A DNA stretch of 64,000 bases, taken from NCBI GenBank assembly GCA_041665025.1, contig JBAYJP010000004.1, positions 26,311 through 90,310 on the forward strand, read 5' to 3'. A program made the position numbers and the translations under genes. This document shows, piece by piece, positions 37,998 through 51,600 of the stretch (positions are counted from its first letter, which is position 1; the number at the start of each line of letters is the position of its first letter). The notes under the pieces are model-generated. The model saw only the letters and a program-made list of their open reading frames with translations. It had not been told where the DNA came from and searched no databases. Source of the DNA: Candidatus Magasanikiibacteriota bacterium (lineage in GTDB: Bacteria > Patescibacteriota > Patescibacteriia > Magasanikbacterales > UBA922).

Positions 37998-39437
37998 ATG
38001 CCAAAGAAAATTGCAAAAAAAAATAGTGTCCGTCCAGTGAAGTCTGCTATGAAGCGAGAACATACCAAGAAAAAAGACCATGAACAATCACCAAAGGCTG
38101 ATAAGCAGAAAAAAGAAGAGCACGTACACAAAGGTGAAAGGGGATATGCGCCTTTGCGTGGTATGAAAGATATCCTGCCAAAAGATGGAAATGATTGGCT
38201 TGACATATGTCACGTGTCAGAAAAAGTAGCCTCTGCGTATGGTTTTTCGTATATGGAAACGCCTATTGTGGAACAGGCTTCTTTGTTTATACGTTCTATT
38301 GGAAAGGGAACAGATGTGGTGGATAAGGAAATGTATATATTTGATGATAAAGACGGAGGGAAAATTTGTTTGCGTCCCGAGATGACCGCGTCTATTGTTC
38401 GCGCGTATATTAATCACGGCATGCAAACATTTCCTCAACCAGTAAAAGTTTGGTACATGGGCCCTATGTTTCGGCATGATCGTCCACAAGCAGGGAGATA
38501 TCGTGAATTTCACCAGTTTGGTTGTGAAACTATTGGAGAGCACAGTCCGGTTGTAGATGCCGAACTTATTTCTGTTGCATACAATACGTTACGTGATTTG
38601 GGTTTGGAAACTTCTGTGCATATAAATAGCATTGGAACGCTCGAAGATCGATCCCGCTATATTGTTGAGTTGGTAGGGTATTTGAGAACCAAGCGAAGTT
38701 ATTTGAGCGAAGATTCAAAATATAGATTAACAAAAAATCCTTTGCGTATTTTAGATTCAAAAGACGAGCATGACCGCGCAGTATTGGAAGAGGCTCCTCA
38801 AATTATTGATTGGCTCTCTGATGATTCAAAAAAGTTTTTTACGAGTGTGCTTGAGTATCTTGATGAAGCAGAAATTCCGTATGTCTTGACCCCGACATTA
38901 GTACGAGGACTTGATTATTACACCGATACGGTGTTTGAATTTTATACCGAGGGGACTGAAGATGGGTCTCAAAGTGCACTGGGTGGTGGAGGAAGATACA
39001 ATGGACTTTCTGAACTGCTGGGTGGGCAGGCAACTCCGGGTTCAGGATTCTCTTTGGGTATGGAACGTATTGCTCATGCGGTGCGCGCTATGAGAAATGG
39101 AAATAACACAATACCAGACGGAGAAGCACCTATTGAACAAAAAAAGAAAAGCGGGATTTTCTTTGCCCATTTAGGGGAGCAAGCCCGAAAACGCACATTA
39201 TACCTCATTGAAGAATTGCGTCGTAATAACTTGACCGTACATCATAATCTGGCAAAGACTTCGCTCAAGACTCAGTTGGAATTGGCCAATAAATTTGGGG
39301 TGGAACATACGCTTATCTTGGGACAGAAAGAAGTACAAGATGGCACGGTGCTTATGCGCAATATGGATTCAGGCATCCAAGAAATTATTGACCAGAAGAA
39401 AATTGCCCAACATGTGCGAAAAATGCTTGGTTTATAA
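37998..39437 (+). CDS. hisS: histidyl-tRNA synthetase with ~50-aa Lys-rich N-terminal extension
   Basis: RGMKDILP, motif 2 region FRHDRPQAGRYREFHQ, GGGGRYNGL, and a C-terminal anticodon-binding domain. The ATG at 37998 follows a stop. Confidence 0.85.
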   Translation: MPKKIAKKNSVRPVKSAMKREHTKKKDHEQSPKADKQKKEEHVHKGERGYAPLRGMKDILPKDGNDWLDICHVSEKVASAYGFSYMETPIVEQASLFIRSIGKGTDVVDKEMYIFDDKDGGKICLRPEMTASIVRAYINHGMQTFPQPVKVWYMGPMFRHDRPQAGRYREFHQFGCETIGEHSPVVDAELISVAYNTLRDLGLETSVHINSIGTLEDRSRYIVELVGYLRTKRSYLSEDSKYRLTKNPLRILDSKDEHDRAVLEEAPQIIDWLSDDSKKFFTSVLEYLDEAEIPYVLTPTLVRGLDYYTDTVFEFYTEGTEDGSQSALGGGGRYNGLSELLGGQATPGSGFSLGMERIAHAVRAMRNGNNTIPDGEAPIEQKKKSGIFFAHLGEQARKRTLYLIEELRRNNLTVHHNLAKTSLKTQLELANKFGVEHTLILGQKEVQDGTVLMRNMDSGIQEIIDQKKIAQHVRKMLGL

Positions 39438-39585
39438 TTTGACTTTTTAGTTTTTTTGTTATATCATTATAACACTTATTTACCACGTAAATAAAGGCAC
39501 TACGTAGAATTTTTAAATAGGTTGTGCCCTCTAAAAAAAGTAGGCAGAGGCACCCGTTCTACGTGGTTAATTAACACCTGAGGAG

Positions 39586-39831
39586 GTGAAACGTATTGTG
39601 TCGTCAGAAATAAAACGCAAAAAGAATGAATCATTCGAGGCGTTTATGCGTCGTGTAAAGCAACAGTGGCAGAGATCTGGCACCGTGTTGCAGGCACGCA
39701 AGGTTCAGTATTTCGAACCTCATAAAAGTAAGAATGTAAAACGAAAACAAACTGTAACGCGCGTCAGGCTCACGAGTAAGATGAATTATCTGCGCAAAAT
39801 TGGCAAGCTGCCAAGCGAGGATAAAAAATAA
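39586..39831 (+). CDS. rpsU: 30S ribosomal protein S21
   Basis: ESFEAFMRRVKQQWQRSGTVLQARKVQYFEPHKSK resembles the bS21 consensus. GTG start with a GAGGAGGTG RBS. Confidence 0.7.
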   Translation: MKRIVSSEIKRKKNESFEAFMRRVKQQWQRSGTVLQARKVQYFEPHKSKNVKRKQTVTRVRLTSKMNYLRKIGKLPSEDKK

Positions 39832-39843
39832 TTTTTTCAAGGT

Positions 39844-40287
39844 ATGTCATTATATGACACGCTGTTACAATCTCAGCAAGAGGCACGAAAAAATCATGAG
39901 CAAGAGCGGCTTTCAATATTGCAAGTCGCTCTTGCTGCAATTAAAAATGAAAAGATAAACAAACAAAAAGATTTATCCGATGCAGATGTTGTGTCTGTTA
40001 TTGGTAAACAGATAAAACAACTCCGTGATGCGCTTGTCGATTTTGAAAAAGCGCAACGCAGTGATCTCGTCGACAAAACAAAAAAGGAAATCGAATTATT
40101 GTCAGTGTACGTTCCGCGTCAATTGTCCGAAGATGAGATACGCCCTATTGCCAAAGAAGTTATTTCTGCATTGCCACCCGGAAGCACTCCTAATTTTGGT
40201 AGTGTGATGGGTATGGTGATGCAAAAAGTTAAGGGTCAGGCAGACGGCGCGACCGTACAAAAAATTGTTAAAGAGTTACTCGTATAA
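39844..40287 (+). CDS. yqeY: GatB/YqeY-domain protein
   Basis: About 147 aa with LQVALAAIKN...MGMVMQKVKGQADG pattern. Usual neighbour of rpsU. Confidence 0.8.
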   Translation: MSLYDTLLQSQQEARKNHEQERLSILQVALAAIKNEKINKQKDLSDADVVSVIGKQIKQLRDALVDFEKAQRSDLVDKTKKEIELLSVYVPRQLSEDEIRPIAKEVISALPPGSTPNFGSVMGMVMQKVKGQADGATVQKIVKELLV

Positions 40288-40289
40288 TA

Positions 40290-40357
40290 TGTACGAAATT
40301 CGAAAGCTACGAAACATACGAAATTTCGGACCTTTCGCAACTTTCGAATTTCGTACA
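40290..40357. repeat. TACGAAA-family palindromic element (divergent copy)
   Basis: tgtacgaaattcgaaagctacgaaacatacgaaatttcggacctttcgcaactttcgaatttcgtaca. Confidence 0.7.
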
Positions 40358-40387
40358 TAATTTAATTCAGAGTCTAAGGTTTTTCCC

Positions 40388-42622
40388 ATGCTCCCTTGGA
40401 TTCGTTCATCTATACATATATATAAGAAGGCTGTCTTGTCAGTCTGTTTTTTCGTACTAATTTTTGTTGGAATTGGTTTTAATTTCACATCTCATGTTGC
40501 GTATGCACAAGAAGATACGCTTGGTATTGATGTAGTAGAAGACCAAGATCAGGGTAATATTGCGTTGGGGAATGCCGATATTAGAATAGTTGTGGTAAAG
40601 ATTATTCGCGTAGCTTTGGGGTTGCTTGGTATTGTGACCGTGGGTCTTATTGTGTATGCCGGATTTGTTATCATGCTGTCTGGGGGCAATGAAGAGCGCA
40701 TCGCCTATGGTAAAAAGATAATGATCAATGCAGTTATTGGGTTGGTTATTATTTTTTCAGCATTTGCGATTGTTCAGTTTGTTCTCAATGCATTGGGGGG
40801 GCGTACTCAGCAAGGTCCGCCCGGAGGCAGGCGTCCGCCAGGATTGCAGACGTTTTCAGGGAGTGGGGCACTGGGCAGGGTGGTGAAAGATCATTATCCA
40901 TTTCGCGATCAAAATGGGGTTGCGCGCAATACAAGTATTGTTGTTACCTTTGCATTGCCGGTAGATACATCTTCTTTTATTGAAAACAGCAATAACACCT
41001 GTTGGAGCGGGATCAATACCTCGGTGCCATGTGATGCCACTAATAATAGGCCTTATTTTGGAGATTGTTTTGACGCAAATAATGATGGAATGACAAGCTG
41101 GCAGACAGAGTGCGACCGTTTGAACACGTCGACAATTAAAATAGACACTCATGACAAAGTCGACGAGCGTACAGATAGACAATCAGATAGCGCGGGCATT
41201 GGAGCTGCCGCCCTTGCCTCGTATGATGTGGAGGGGAATGCCTATACCTTTGTATTTAAGCCATATGAATATTTGGGAAGTGCTGAGAGAGAAGTTGCAT
41301 ACACAGTTGATTTGGGCGAAGAAATAAAAAAGCAAGGCAAAGACGAGAGCATATTTTCGAGTTTATTTAATAAATTTTATACATGGGATTTTTCAACTGA
41401 CACACGCATAGACCTCGATCCTCCTCATGTAATAGATGTGTACCCCGCGTCTGGGACGACAGAGAAAAAAAATAATATTATACAAATTACCTTTGACGAA
41501 GCAATAGATCCTACGACCGTCCAAGGATATTATACGCCAAATCCAGCTAATGGCTTTGATAATATTTTGGTAAATACTGAAATTGGCGGAGCAGTGGCTA
41601 GTGTAACTGGCACATGGAGCATAACAAATGGCTATCGTACCATTGAATTTATAACAGACAATCCATGCGGGCAAAATAGTTGTGGAGATATGATGTACTG
41701 CCTTGAAGTTGACTGTACCGGACTGGCAGAAAATTGTACAAAACCATATCAGGCGCTTATTCGTACTGCGCAATCAACTCAAAATGCTGATGCGCCATTT
41801 GAGGCAATACCTTTTTCCGGTGTATATGATCTTGCGTTCAATGGTTTGGATAATATAACAAACGAACACATAGCTCCTGATGATCCGCAAAGACTTAATA
41901 AACAGCCAAAAGTTGTTACTCCCTCAAAAAAGGTTGTATATGATTCAGAAAAAAGAGTAGATAACTATTGGTGGGGTTTTAATATTATTAATGAAATTGA
42001 CCGGTCTGCTCCTTATGTTGAAGAGGTTGTCCCTGGAGTTGACGGTCAAGATGTTGCAGAGCGCGATCCGCTCTATATATCATTTTCAAAGCGCATGAAA
42101 TTGTCGACAATGGATAATGTAGAACTTAGAGAACACCCTGAGCGTGTGTGCTTTGACGCCGCATTTGATACATCGACACCAAAAGTCTGTCTTCAGGATG
42201 AACGTATGGACGACATTTGGTTTAAGGTCTTTTCAAATATCATAAATGACAAAACAAAGTCCGAAGTTCGACACCGAGATTTTGGGCCAAACAGCTTGGA
42301 TCTGTATTATTTTCCATCAGTACCAAGTTCAGTAAAGAGCGTAACTCAAAATTGTATTTACCCGGGTTATGGTCCATGGCAACAAAACAGATTGCCAAAT
42401 GGTACGACGCCATCGCCATGCTTAGTTAGCTATGATTCAAATGGAAATGTGACGAGTGCTTCTGGGTGTGTAAATGTATCTGCATCAGTAAGCACCACAG
42501 ATACCGGCTGTGCATATACGTATTTAGACATGACAAGTTCAAGTGATTTACGGCTTTTGAAGCCAGATGTTGCACAATGTCTTGGATATTTAACAACTCA
42601 GAGTGAGAGCCAATATCAATAG
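40388..42622 (+). CDS. VirB2/TrbC-like T4SS-pilin N-terminal module fused to ~600-aa extracellular Ig-like/beta-rich region
   Basis: Signal-like N-terminus, then the pilin-like core VALGLLGIVTVGLIVYAGFVIMLSGGNEERIAYGKKIMINAVIGLVIIFSAFAIVQFVLNALGG, which is paralogous to the N-terminus of the next gene. Confidence 0.6.
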   Translation: MLPWIRSSIHIYKKAVLSVCFFVLIFVGIGFNFTSHVAYAQEDTLGIDVVEDQDQGNIALGNADIRIVVVKIIRVALGLLGIVTVGLIVYAGFVIMLSGGNEERIAYGKKIMINAVIGLVIIFSAFAIVQFVLNALGGRTQQGPPGGRRPPGLQTFSGSGALGRVVKDHYPFRDQNGVARNTSIVVTFALPVDTSSFIENSNNTCWSGINTSVPCDATNNRPYFGDCFDANNDGMTSWQTECDRLNTSTIKIDTHDKVDERTDRQSDSAGIGAAALASYDVEGNAYTFVFKPYEYLGSAEREVAYTVDLGEEIKKQGKDESIFSSLFNKFYTWDFSTDTRIDLDPPHVIDVYPASGTTEKKNNIIQITFDEAIDPTTVQGYYTPNPANGFDNILVNTEIGGAVASVTGTWSITNGYRTIEFITDNPCGQNSCGDMMYCLEVDCTGLAENCTKPYQALIRTAQSTQNADAPFEAIPFSGVYDLAFNGLDNITNEHIAPDDPQRLNKQPKVVTPSKKVVYDSEKRVDNYWWGFNIINEIDRSAPYVEEVVPGVDGQDVAERDPLYISFSKRMKLSTMDNVELREHPERVCFDAAFDTSTPKVCLQDERMDDIWFKVFSNIINDKTKSEVRHRDFGPNSLDLYYFPSVPSSVKSVTQNCIYPGYGPWQQNRLPNGTTPSPCLVSYDSNGNVTSASGCVNVSASVSTTDTGCAYTYLDMTSSSDLRLLKPDVAQCLGYLTTQSESQYQ

Positions 42623-42628
42623 TAGCCT

Positions 42629-45600
42629 ATGAAACAACGCGCACGAACATGGTTTTTTGCTGGGTTATTGACCGCAGTATTTGTTGTTGGTTTTTTCGTG
42701 TTTTTTAATCCCGTGTTTGGCCAGGATACGCTTGGGTTGGATGTTGTGGAAAATGAAGGAGATATCGCGCTTGGTTCAGGAGATTTGCGAGTTACCATAG
42801 TTAGAATCATAAATATTGCGTTGGGTTTACTAGGTATTGTAGCGCTTGGCATTGTCCTGTATGGAGGATTTGTTTGGATGACTGCGGGAGGCAATGAAGA
42901 AAAGGTTGCGACTGCGCGTAAAATTTTAGTAAATGGCACCATTGGGCTTGTCATTATTTTATCTGCATGGACTATTACGTGGTTTGTGTTGAGTAAATTA
43001 ATTGAAGCCACTGGTGGCGGGGGAGGCACAACAGGAGGAGATCGTTGTACGTGTGCAGAACCTCCTGAGAGTGAATGTAGGAAAACAATTGAATGTCGAA
43101 ATTTTTGTACCAGATTTCCTTCGCAGTGCTGTAGCACAGATCATTTTATTGTAAAGAGCATCACACCAAGTACTCCGCAAACAGATCAAGAAATATTCAT
43201 GAATAATCCGGTCATTCGCGTGGTATTTAGTAGAGAAGTGGCAGGCAGTCCAAGCGATGCATTTAAAATTTACAAAAAAGAGGATGGTGGTGTAAACAGA
43301 GATGTCACACAAGATTTTAGTTTTAATTTTGATGGGAATGACACAATTGCTGAAGCCGAGTATGTACAAGGAACAGTGTGTGGCCAACACCAGGGGCATG
43401 ATGTCCATTGTTTGCTCGCAGGCGAATACGAAGTAAAAGTAGGTGATGTGCGTGACAAAGATGGCAACAAGCTTGAAGTCGATACTACATGTGGCAATTT
43501 TCCCAAAGATGCATTATTTAGGACAGGAGATGAAGCAGAACTTGCTATTGATACTCAAGCGCCAAATTTGTCTCAAGTTACCATAGATGGCGGAATTATA
43601 CCAAACGTGCGTTTGGTACAGGGCAGGACATATCCGATAGCGACCACTCTTTCAGATAATCGCGGAAATGCTTATGTACATTTGAATATATATAAAGAAG
43701 GAGACTCTGGAAATAAAATAAGGCAACATATCAATGGTCCTGCAGTATCTATTGGTTCTAGTCCCGCGTTTCCGTTCTTGTATGGTTTCAAAGTTCCTTA
43801 TACTTTAGAGGTTGGACAAACATATGTGGCTGAAGCAGTTGGTAATGACATAGACAATAACACGGTAACGAGCCAGCTCACCTTTAGAGTCATTCCTGTG
43901 AGCTGTGATAATGGCGAACTCGATCCTGGTGAAACGAGTCCTGATGTAGGCGGACCATGCGGAGGGGGAGATGGCGATGCGTGCCGTGTAGACACGGATT
44001 GTTCAAGTTGGCTTAAATGCTTAAATCCGAGTAATCAATTTTGTAGTGCTACAGATACAACATGCGTTTGCAGACCATGGCCATATATTACTGACGTAGA
44101 GTACATGAATGGAGCACAGGGTAATTGGATTACCATATTTGGGCGTAATTTTGGTTATGATCCAGGATTAGTAACATTTGACTATCCTGGTGGACAAAGA
44201 CAAACTGCACCGTTGGCGGAATGTCGGGCGAATGATGTGTGGGAAGACTCGTGGATTATTGCAGAAGTTCCAGAACAGATAACGCCTCAAGCGGCAAAAG
44301 ATCCAGCCCTTGAACTCAATGGAACGGACGCTTACGTGAGCGCACCTTTCAATATTTTTGATTGGGGATTTGAAGACGGTTATTTTTCCCTTGAGTTTTG
44401 GGTCAAACCACCCGCAAATGGAATAATACCTCATACATTACTCGCAGGTACGCAAGAGGGGGGTCAATTTGGAATATTTACTTCTTCAGATGATCTAGGA
44501 AGCGTAGAGGCATGGGTTAGAGATGCTGGGGGTGAATATAATATTGTAGTGGGAGATCCGGGACAACTACTGGGTAATGAGTGGAATCACGTCGTAATGA
44601 CTACTCAAGGTGTTGAAGGCGGAAGTGAAGTAAGATTATATATTAATCATAATTCTTTGGATAAAGAACCATTTACAAGCCAAGGTGCTGGTTTTGAATA
44701 TGTGGAAGCTGAGGAGTTTATTATTGGTTTTTTGGGAGATGATGACTATATGCGGGGCGCTATTGATGAAGTTGCCGTATATGCGGGCGTTTTGACCGAG
44801 GCACAAATAGTAGAACATTATAATGCAAAAAATATAGGAACCATTGAGTCTTATCGAACATTAGTAAACGCTATAGCTCCGCGCGCGTATTGGACATTTT
44901 CTAATTTCCAATCCGGGGATACACAGGTAACTGATATTTCTGGAAATGGATTTCATGGGACATATCATGGGGGTATAGAGGCAGTAAGCGGACCTTTTAT
45001 TTCCAATACGGCAACCGTTGACAAGCCTAGTATTTCTGTGACTACGGCTGGAACAGGATTTACGGATAACACGGACGATGATTTTGGTACTAGACTACCT
45101 TTATTTGAATATAATAGTATTCAGCGTCCGGGGTTATGTAGTGTCACGGTTCCGCGCGATATTGTTCATACATTAGCAGACGGCACTACAGTCACGACTA
45201 CTGCAGGATCGACCAAAGCTCCTCCTGATACGCCCATAGAAGCTGTGGGTAAAGGTTTTGGAAACGCGCGAGGATCTCTTAGTTTTGAAAGTACCAATGC
45301 CGCAGTTGATAGTTGGAGTGAAAATTTAATTTTGTCAGCTGTCCCTATCATGCAAGAGCAGAGGAAGGCAGTTGTGAGAGTTACTGCACCGTCTGGTCAA
45401 GTAAGTAATGGCATTCCTTTTTGGGTAAGTTCTCTTGCAGACATGTATCCTCCTATTATTGAAAGTATTAGCCCATCTTCAACTACAAAAGGAAGCTATA
45501 TTACTATAAAAGGTAAAAATTTTGGAAATAGCGGAATTGTTTATTTTAATACGGACGAAGATATTGGCTGTCCAGGCCAAGGTTGTTTTGCGAGTGCATC

Positions 45601-48600
45601 GTTGCCCGATTATTGCGAAGACACATGGAATGATAATCAAATAATTGCGAAAGTCCCGACAGATGGTTCGTTTATTTTCGGTAACTATCATGTTGTCGTA
45701 GTAAGAGATGACAACCTAAAAGGGGTAAGTAAAGTTGTCGAGAAAGTAACAGATGGAGATCCGCGGCCGAGTATCTGTTACCTTCAGCCGAGTTCTGGGC
45801 CAGCTCCATTGCCAGTGGGACAGTACTTGACCATAAAAGGAGAAAATTTAGATAAAAATGCTAGTGGCAGTGAAATATATTTTTGGAGTCCTCTCTCTAT
45901 TGCAGGAGACATAGCTACCTGGCTGCATACTACCACAAATGATCCAGGATCTTCACGAGTTGTCGAAGGAAAAGAGATCAGGGCATTTATACCTGTTGAT
46001 ACTACTGCGGGATTTACTATGATAACAGGTCCTATTGTGGTCAAGCCTATTGCAAGTAATGTTGTGAGTAATGAGATGATATACAATGTACGGGATTGCC
46101 GCGAATTTGGCACCGGGTCTCTGGTAGGATTTCAGTGTTGTCAGGAAGGTCGTGAAGCGGGCCGATGGAAAAGCAATGCGTTTGTGTGCGAGGGAGGCAG
46201 GCGTGAAGCTGGTTATGCGTGGAGATTTACATCTGGCAAAATTCCTGACAGATTTTTTGTACTGGAACAATGTCAGGACGGCACCATAGTTCCTTCACCC
46301 AGCCCTTGGGCAAACCGACCACAGGGGAATTCGGCATGTTTGAATGCTGAAATTGACTTGGTATTTAGTTTGCCTGTAAAAAAGAGTTCTATAGGAACGG
46401 GCACAGATTTTGAAGAAGGGCTCGACGGAAGCAATATAAAAGTTGAAACATGCGGAAGCGGACAACAAATAGATTGCAGCGCTTCTGCTGATGTTACCTC
46501 AGAATTCAGGCCTGCTTTTACAGAAACATCTGTTGCGATAGCGAGATATCGTGATCAAGATGGAGGTAATATTGATACGCTTACCCCCAATACCTGGCAC
46601 CGTGTTTCTTTGAAAGAAACGGTGACATCGGCCCATTCTGAAAATATACTTGGCGTCCAAGAAGAAAGAAATGAAAATTTGGTTGCGACCCGTCCGTGCG
46701 AAAGTAATGATGGTTCTTCCTTCGCCTTTTGTTTTGAGTTCAAGACTGGTGCTCCGGGTACTATATGTACATTGAAAGATGCTTTGATTGACCCGCCACG
46801 GAAGACGACCAATCTCTTGGGTGTCGTCCAAGATGATGCTTTTCCCCGTATGTATGATATTACACGGATATTTAACCCGGGAACTCCTGGATTGAATCCC
46901 TTGTATTATATGGTGAGAGGAGTAGCCAATCAGGAATGTACGACAATAAATGTAGATAGCAAGCCTTGGATCTGGGGCCCAACTGATCCTCCGGTAACAG
47001 GCTCTGTTCCTGCGACAAGTGAAAAGAGAGCCCGAGGAAGATATGTAAATAGCCGTGGTATTGCAAAAGCATGGGAAGACTGGCCGCAAGGGTATAATAT
47101 ATTTGCGACTACTCCTGAAAATGTGAGCAGTACCATTGTCGTGAGTAGGGAGAGCGACACTATTGAGAGGCTTACCAAGCTTCCTGATCCTACTATAATA
47201 CCCGCTGGTTTTGGACGTTCAGTTGAATTTTCTCCAGATGGCAATTATCTCGCCGTAGGTCATGATGTGGCACCTTTCATTTCTATGTACAGACGAAACG
47301 GTGACACATTTACCAAACTCGATATCCCATCAGGACCAACTCAGTGGATAGTAAGCATGGATTTTTCTTCGGATGGTGTGTATTTGGCAGTATTGCAGCA
47401 AATTCCCCCTTTTGTGACCATGTATAAACGAAATGGTGATACGTTTACCAAACTAGCCACTCCCAGCCCAAGTAATTGGTCTGGAAGTAGCAGAGGATGG
47501 ACTATTGATTTTTCTCCAGATACAAATTATTTAGCTATTGCTCAGGAAACCAGTCCATATATCACTATATATCATAGAAGCGGAGATACGTTTAGCCGAG
47601 CAAATGATCCAGACATTTTGCCCACAGGAAGTGGTAAGGGTGTGACTTTTTCTCCGGATGGAAATTATATGGCAACGTCTTTTGCCGTATCACCTTATTT
47701 AACTGTCTATAAGAGAAATGGTGATGCTTTTGTAAAGCTCGAAAATCCTTCACCTTTGCCGACAGATGGTGCTCGAGGTGGAATTGCATTTTCACCAGAT
47801 AGCAATTATCTAGTCTTGACAACCCACGGGTCGACAAACATTATGTTTTATAAGAGAAATGGTGACGCATTTACGAGGATAGCCGATAATGTGGATCAAC
47901 TTCCTCTCCTTGGCTTTCGCGTTGACTTTTCTCCGGATGGTTCATATGTGGTAGTTTCACATGGCTCTTTTTCTTCCACACCTTTTTTTAGCTTCTACAG
48001 GCGAGACAATGATGCCATTACCAAGATAAATACCTTTGTCCCATCAACACCGGTAAATGGCGCATCGGATGTGGCATTTTCTCCCAATTCACAATATGTA
48101 GCAGTGGCTCATACTATAACGCCGTTTTTAAGTATTTATAAAATAGCATATAGAATGGGTGCGTCAACGGTAGAAACTTTCGATACCACAGTGATTACCG
48201 CCACAAGTACGTTGCATATAGATCTTACCCATCCCCAAGTCGTAAGCAAATGGCCATCATGTATTGAGGCATGCGTAAATGCAGAAATAGGGGCTCAATT
48301 CAATCAGATAATGGATAAGACAACGTTTACTACTGATAATGTTCATCTATATAGGTGTAGTGATGAGACATGCACCGTCACGTCAACGGCGTCAATTAGC
48401 CCTGGCAGTCATGACGACAACATTCTTCGTTTTTATCCCCAAGGACTTCTCACATCAAGCACCTGGTATCTAGTTGAGCTAACTTCTGGAATCAAGGGTG
48501 TGAGCGGAGTAGATCCAAGCGGCAGGGCGTTACAAGATAATAGAGGAAAATCTATTGAAAGGACGACTTGGAAATTCCGTACCAAGCCATCATCTGAACC

Positions 48601-51600
48601 ATGTGTTGTTGACACTGTTGACGTGCGTCCTGATCCATTTACGGCAACATTTATTGGCCAGCGCCAGCGATATAGCGCGGTTCCGAAAGGTGCTCCAGAT
48701 AGCTGTAATCCACGGGGACAATTTTTAAATCCATGGGATTATGGATGGAATTGGTATGTGCGCGATTCAGCTGTAGCAAGTTCAAATTCAACTATTGCGA
48801 CCACAACTAATTTTGGATTTTCTGGAAATATAAACAGGGCGTGTGGCCTCAATTGTATTCCAACAGGAAGTGACGTTCCACAGGGGACATATACAGGCGT
48901 CTATCCTGTTTGTGGGAATGGTAGAGTAGAACTTGGAGAAGATTGCGATATAGCAAGCACAACGCCGAGTGGTGCAAATGAAAATCACGGCATTAGCTGC
49001 GCCTATAATTGTTTGAGGTTGGGAAACTCAAACAAAGGTAATGGGGCAAACCAGTGCGGAAACGGAGTTGTGGAAGAAATAAGAGGAGAAGAATGCGATC
49101 CCAATAATTTGGATTCAAATTTTGTTCCGTATAAACTATTTTGTACTGATACATGTGTATGGACGGGGTCTTCGGTAGAAGCTACGGGGAATCCCACAAC
49201 GCCTATATGTGGCAGTGGGAGTGTGACACCAGGCGAGGATTGTGATGGGACACTAGGTTGTTCTACACGCTGTCTCAATACAGGTACGCCACTTTCTCAA
49301 GCATGGTGCGATACTCATAAAAATGATAATGACAAAACATACGAACTATGTCCGTATGCGACAAGCGTCTGCGGAAATGATATTGTTGAAAATGGCGAAG
49401 AATGCGACCCTATAGGTAATCAGAGTGTTGCCTATTGTACAGATAGATGCCTGCTCGTCAATGTATGCAATGAGCCAACAAAAAAACAATGTGATCCTGA
49501 AGATGATGAAGGTTGTTCACCAGATTGTACGTGGGCAGGTTCATCTATTGAATATTCAACTCCATCGTTATGCGGCGATGGCCAAGTCGGTATTGGCGAG
49601 TATGCGGGTTGTGAAATAACTCCAGATGAAGCACGAAGCCAATTGGGAGGAAATCCAGTTCAGCTGGTAACAGCAATTGGTGAACCGCCTGCAGGTGCAT
49701 CCTCTGTTGTACCACTTGATTCTCTGGAAACATTTGTGTTTGCTGATCCTGAAAGAATTAGATTCTCTCCTGCATCCATTGGCAATGTGACAAGTACGAT
49801 AAGAGGACAGGGGGATTATGAATTACAATGTGGATACACGGAAAATATTTCCTCAGGCCAAGATATCGGGAGCACGACAGTAGTTTTTGAGGAATTTGCA
49901 TCAAACCATGACATGTTTGTATTGGATAAAGCAGACGACGGAATATATGTATTGGATGTACTTTTAAATGATTTTGGCCAGCAGCTAGACATTTTGAGCG
50001 TAGCAGCAAGTGACGAGCTCGTAAAAGTATCCGTTATCACCGAAGATGAGATCGAGAAGCTTCATGTTGAAGTTCCTGCAGAAATTACACAAGTAAACCT
50101 TGAATACGAAGTAAAAGATATTGCAACGGGGGAGCAGGAAAGCGCACAGGTTGCTTTACATATACATAATGATGTTGCTAATGTTTTTCGTTCCATTGTC
50201 TTTGATAATTTTGATTTGGATGATTTCAAAGAGGGTGATGTTGTTGCAATTCATGTTGATAAACTTGACACATTCCGTGTCCCTCCCGGAATTGACCCTT
50301 ACACAATCACAGAAGTCTCTGATGTTTCTTCAATTGTCGGTAGTCTATTACCCAATGTTCAACTTGATATAAGTCTGCTACCAGGACATGAAGTTTTTGA
50401 TATTACAGAAAGTTCAGGAACAGCGGGAATATTATCTTTTGATTTTAGTGCTAAACGGGGTGATGATACGTTTACGGGGAAAATTTTTATAAATATCAAA
50501 AGAAAACGTGTGGTTGCGTCAGAGACAATAGAACAAACGCAATCTGTATATAATGATTGTTCGCCTAACCCTGGAAATATATATGGCGTGGCAAAAAATT
50601 CATGCTGTGTGCTCCGCCCAGAGCGCGTAGACCAGTATCCGGCAGCAAACGCGGGCATAGATGGCAGTGAACCAGTATGCCGCAATACCTATTTAGAGGT
50701 ATCATTTGATAAATTCATGGACAGCACTTCTTTCGATAGAGGCAGTTACAAAGTAAATGATCTGGTGAGGTTTTTTGATAATGCGTATGTGGTCGAGGGA
50801 TATGAAGTCGCAGCATACCCGAATTTCAATTGTGAAAGCCAGGGTATGGTGGACGTGTCCGAGGACATGAGTCGTCTGACCGGTTCAATAGCGCCTACCG
50901 GGCATGTCAGTTTTTTGAAAAAGATATGGAATTCTATAAAATTATTTTTTGTCCGATTATTTACGGGCGATGTATTTGCGGTTGATGAAAACAACCAGCT
51001 TACGGGCAGGACCATTAGGTGGTGTTATAGCAACAATACATTGGATCCTCGTGTCAGGTATGAACTCAATGAAACGGGAGTGGTGAGCACAAGTACCGCG
51101 GCATTATATCTTGATAATGCACTGCCCCCCAATGTGTATGTGGCGGTTATGTTGCGCGGTGGACAAGATGGAGTGCGCGATATAAATGGGGTAGGTATCA
51201 AAAATCCGCACAGCACGAGTCGTACTGATTTTTGGATGTTCAAGACGGGCAGTGAGATTTGTAAAATTGATAGTGTGAGTGTCGATCCTGCAACGCAGAT
51301 GTATCAAGAACCTGGAGATGAACATACATTTCATGCTCAGGTACTAAGCAAACGAGCGCAACAAATAGTGTCCACGCCGGCTTATGTATGGGAGTATATC
51401 TGGCATCCACAAAATCCAGTGTTTGATATTCCAAAAGTGACCACCCCTCCCACTAGTCCAAATACTCCAGATATCACTATCCAAAATAAAGGTGTTGAAG
51501 GACTTATAAATGCCATAGCCGAAGTAAAAGTAACGTATGATGCAGATAGCGAAGACAATCACACAGGTAAAAAATTTAATGGGCTATTTGAATTAAACGC

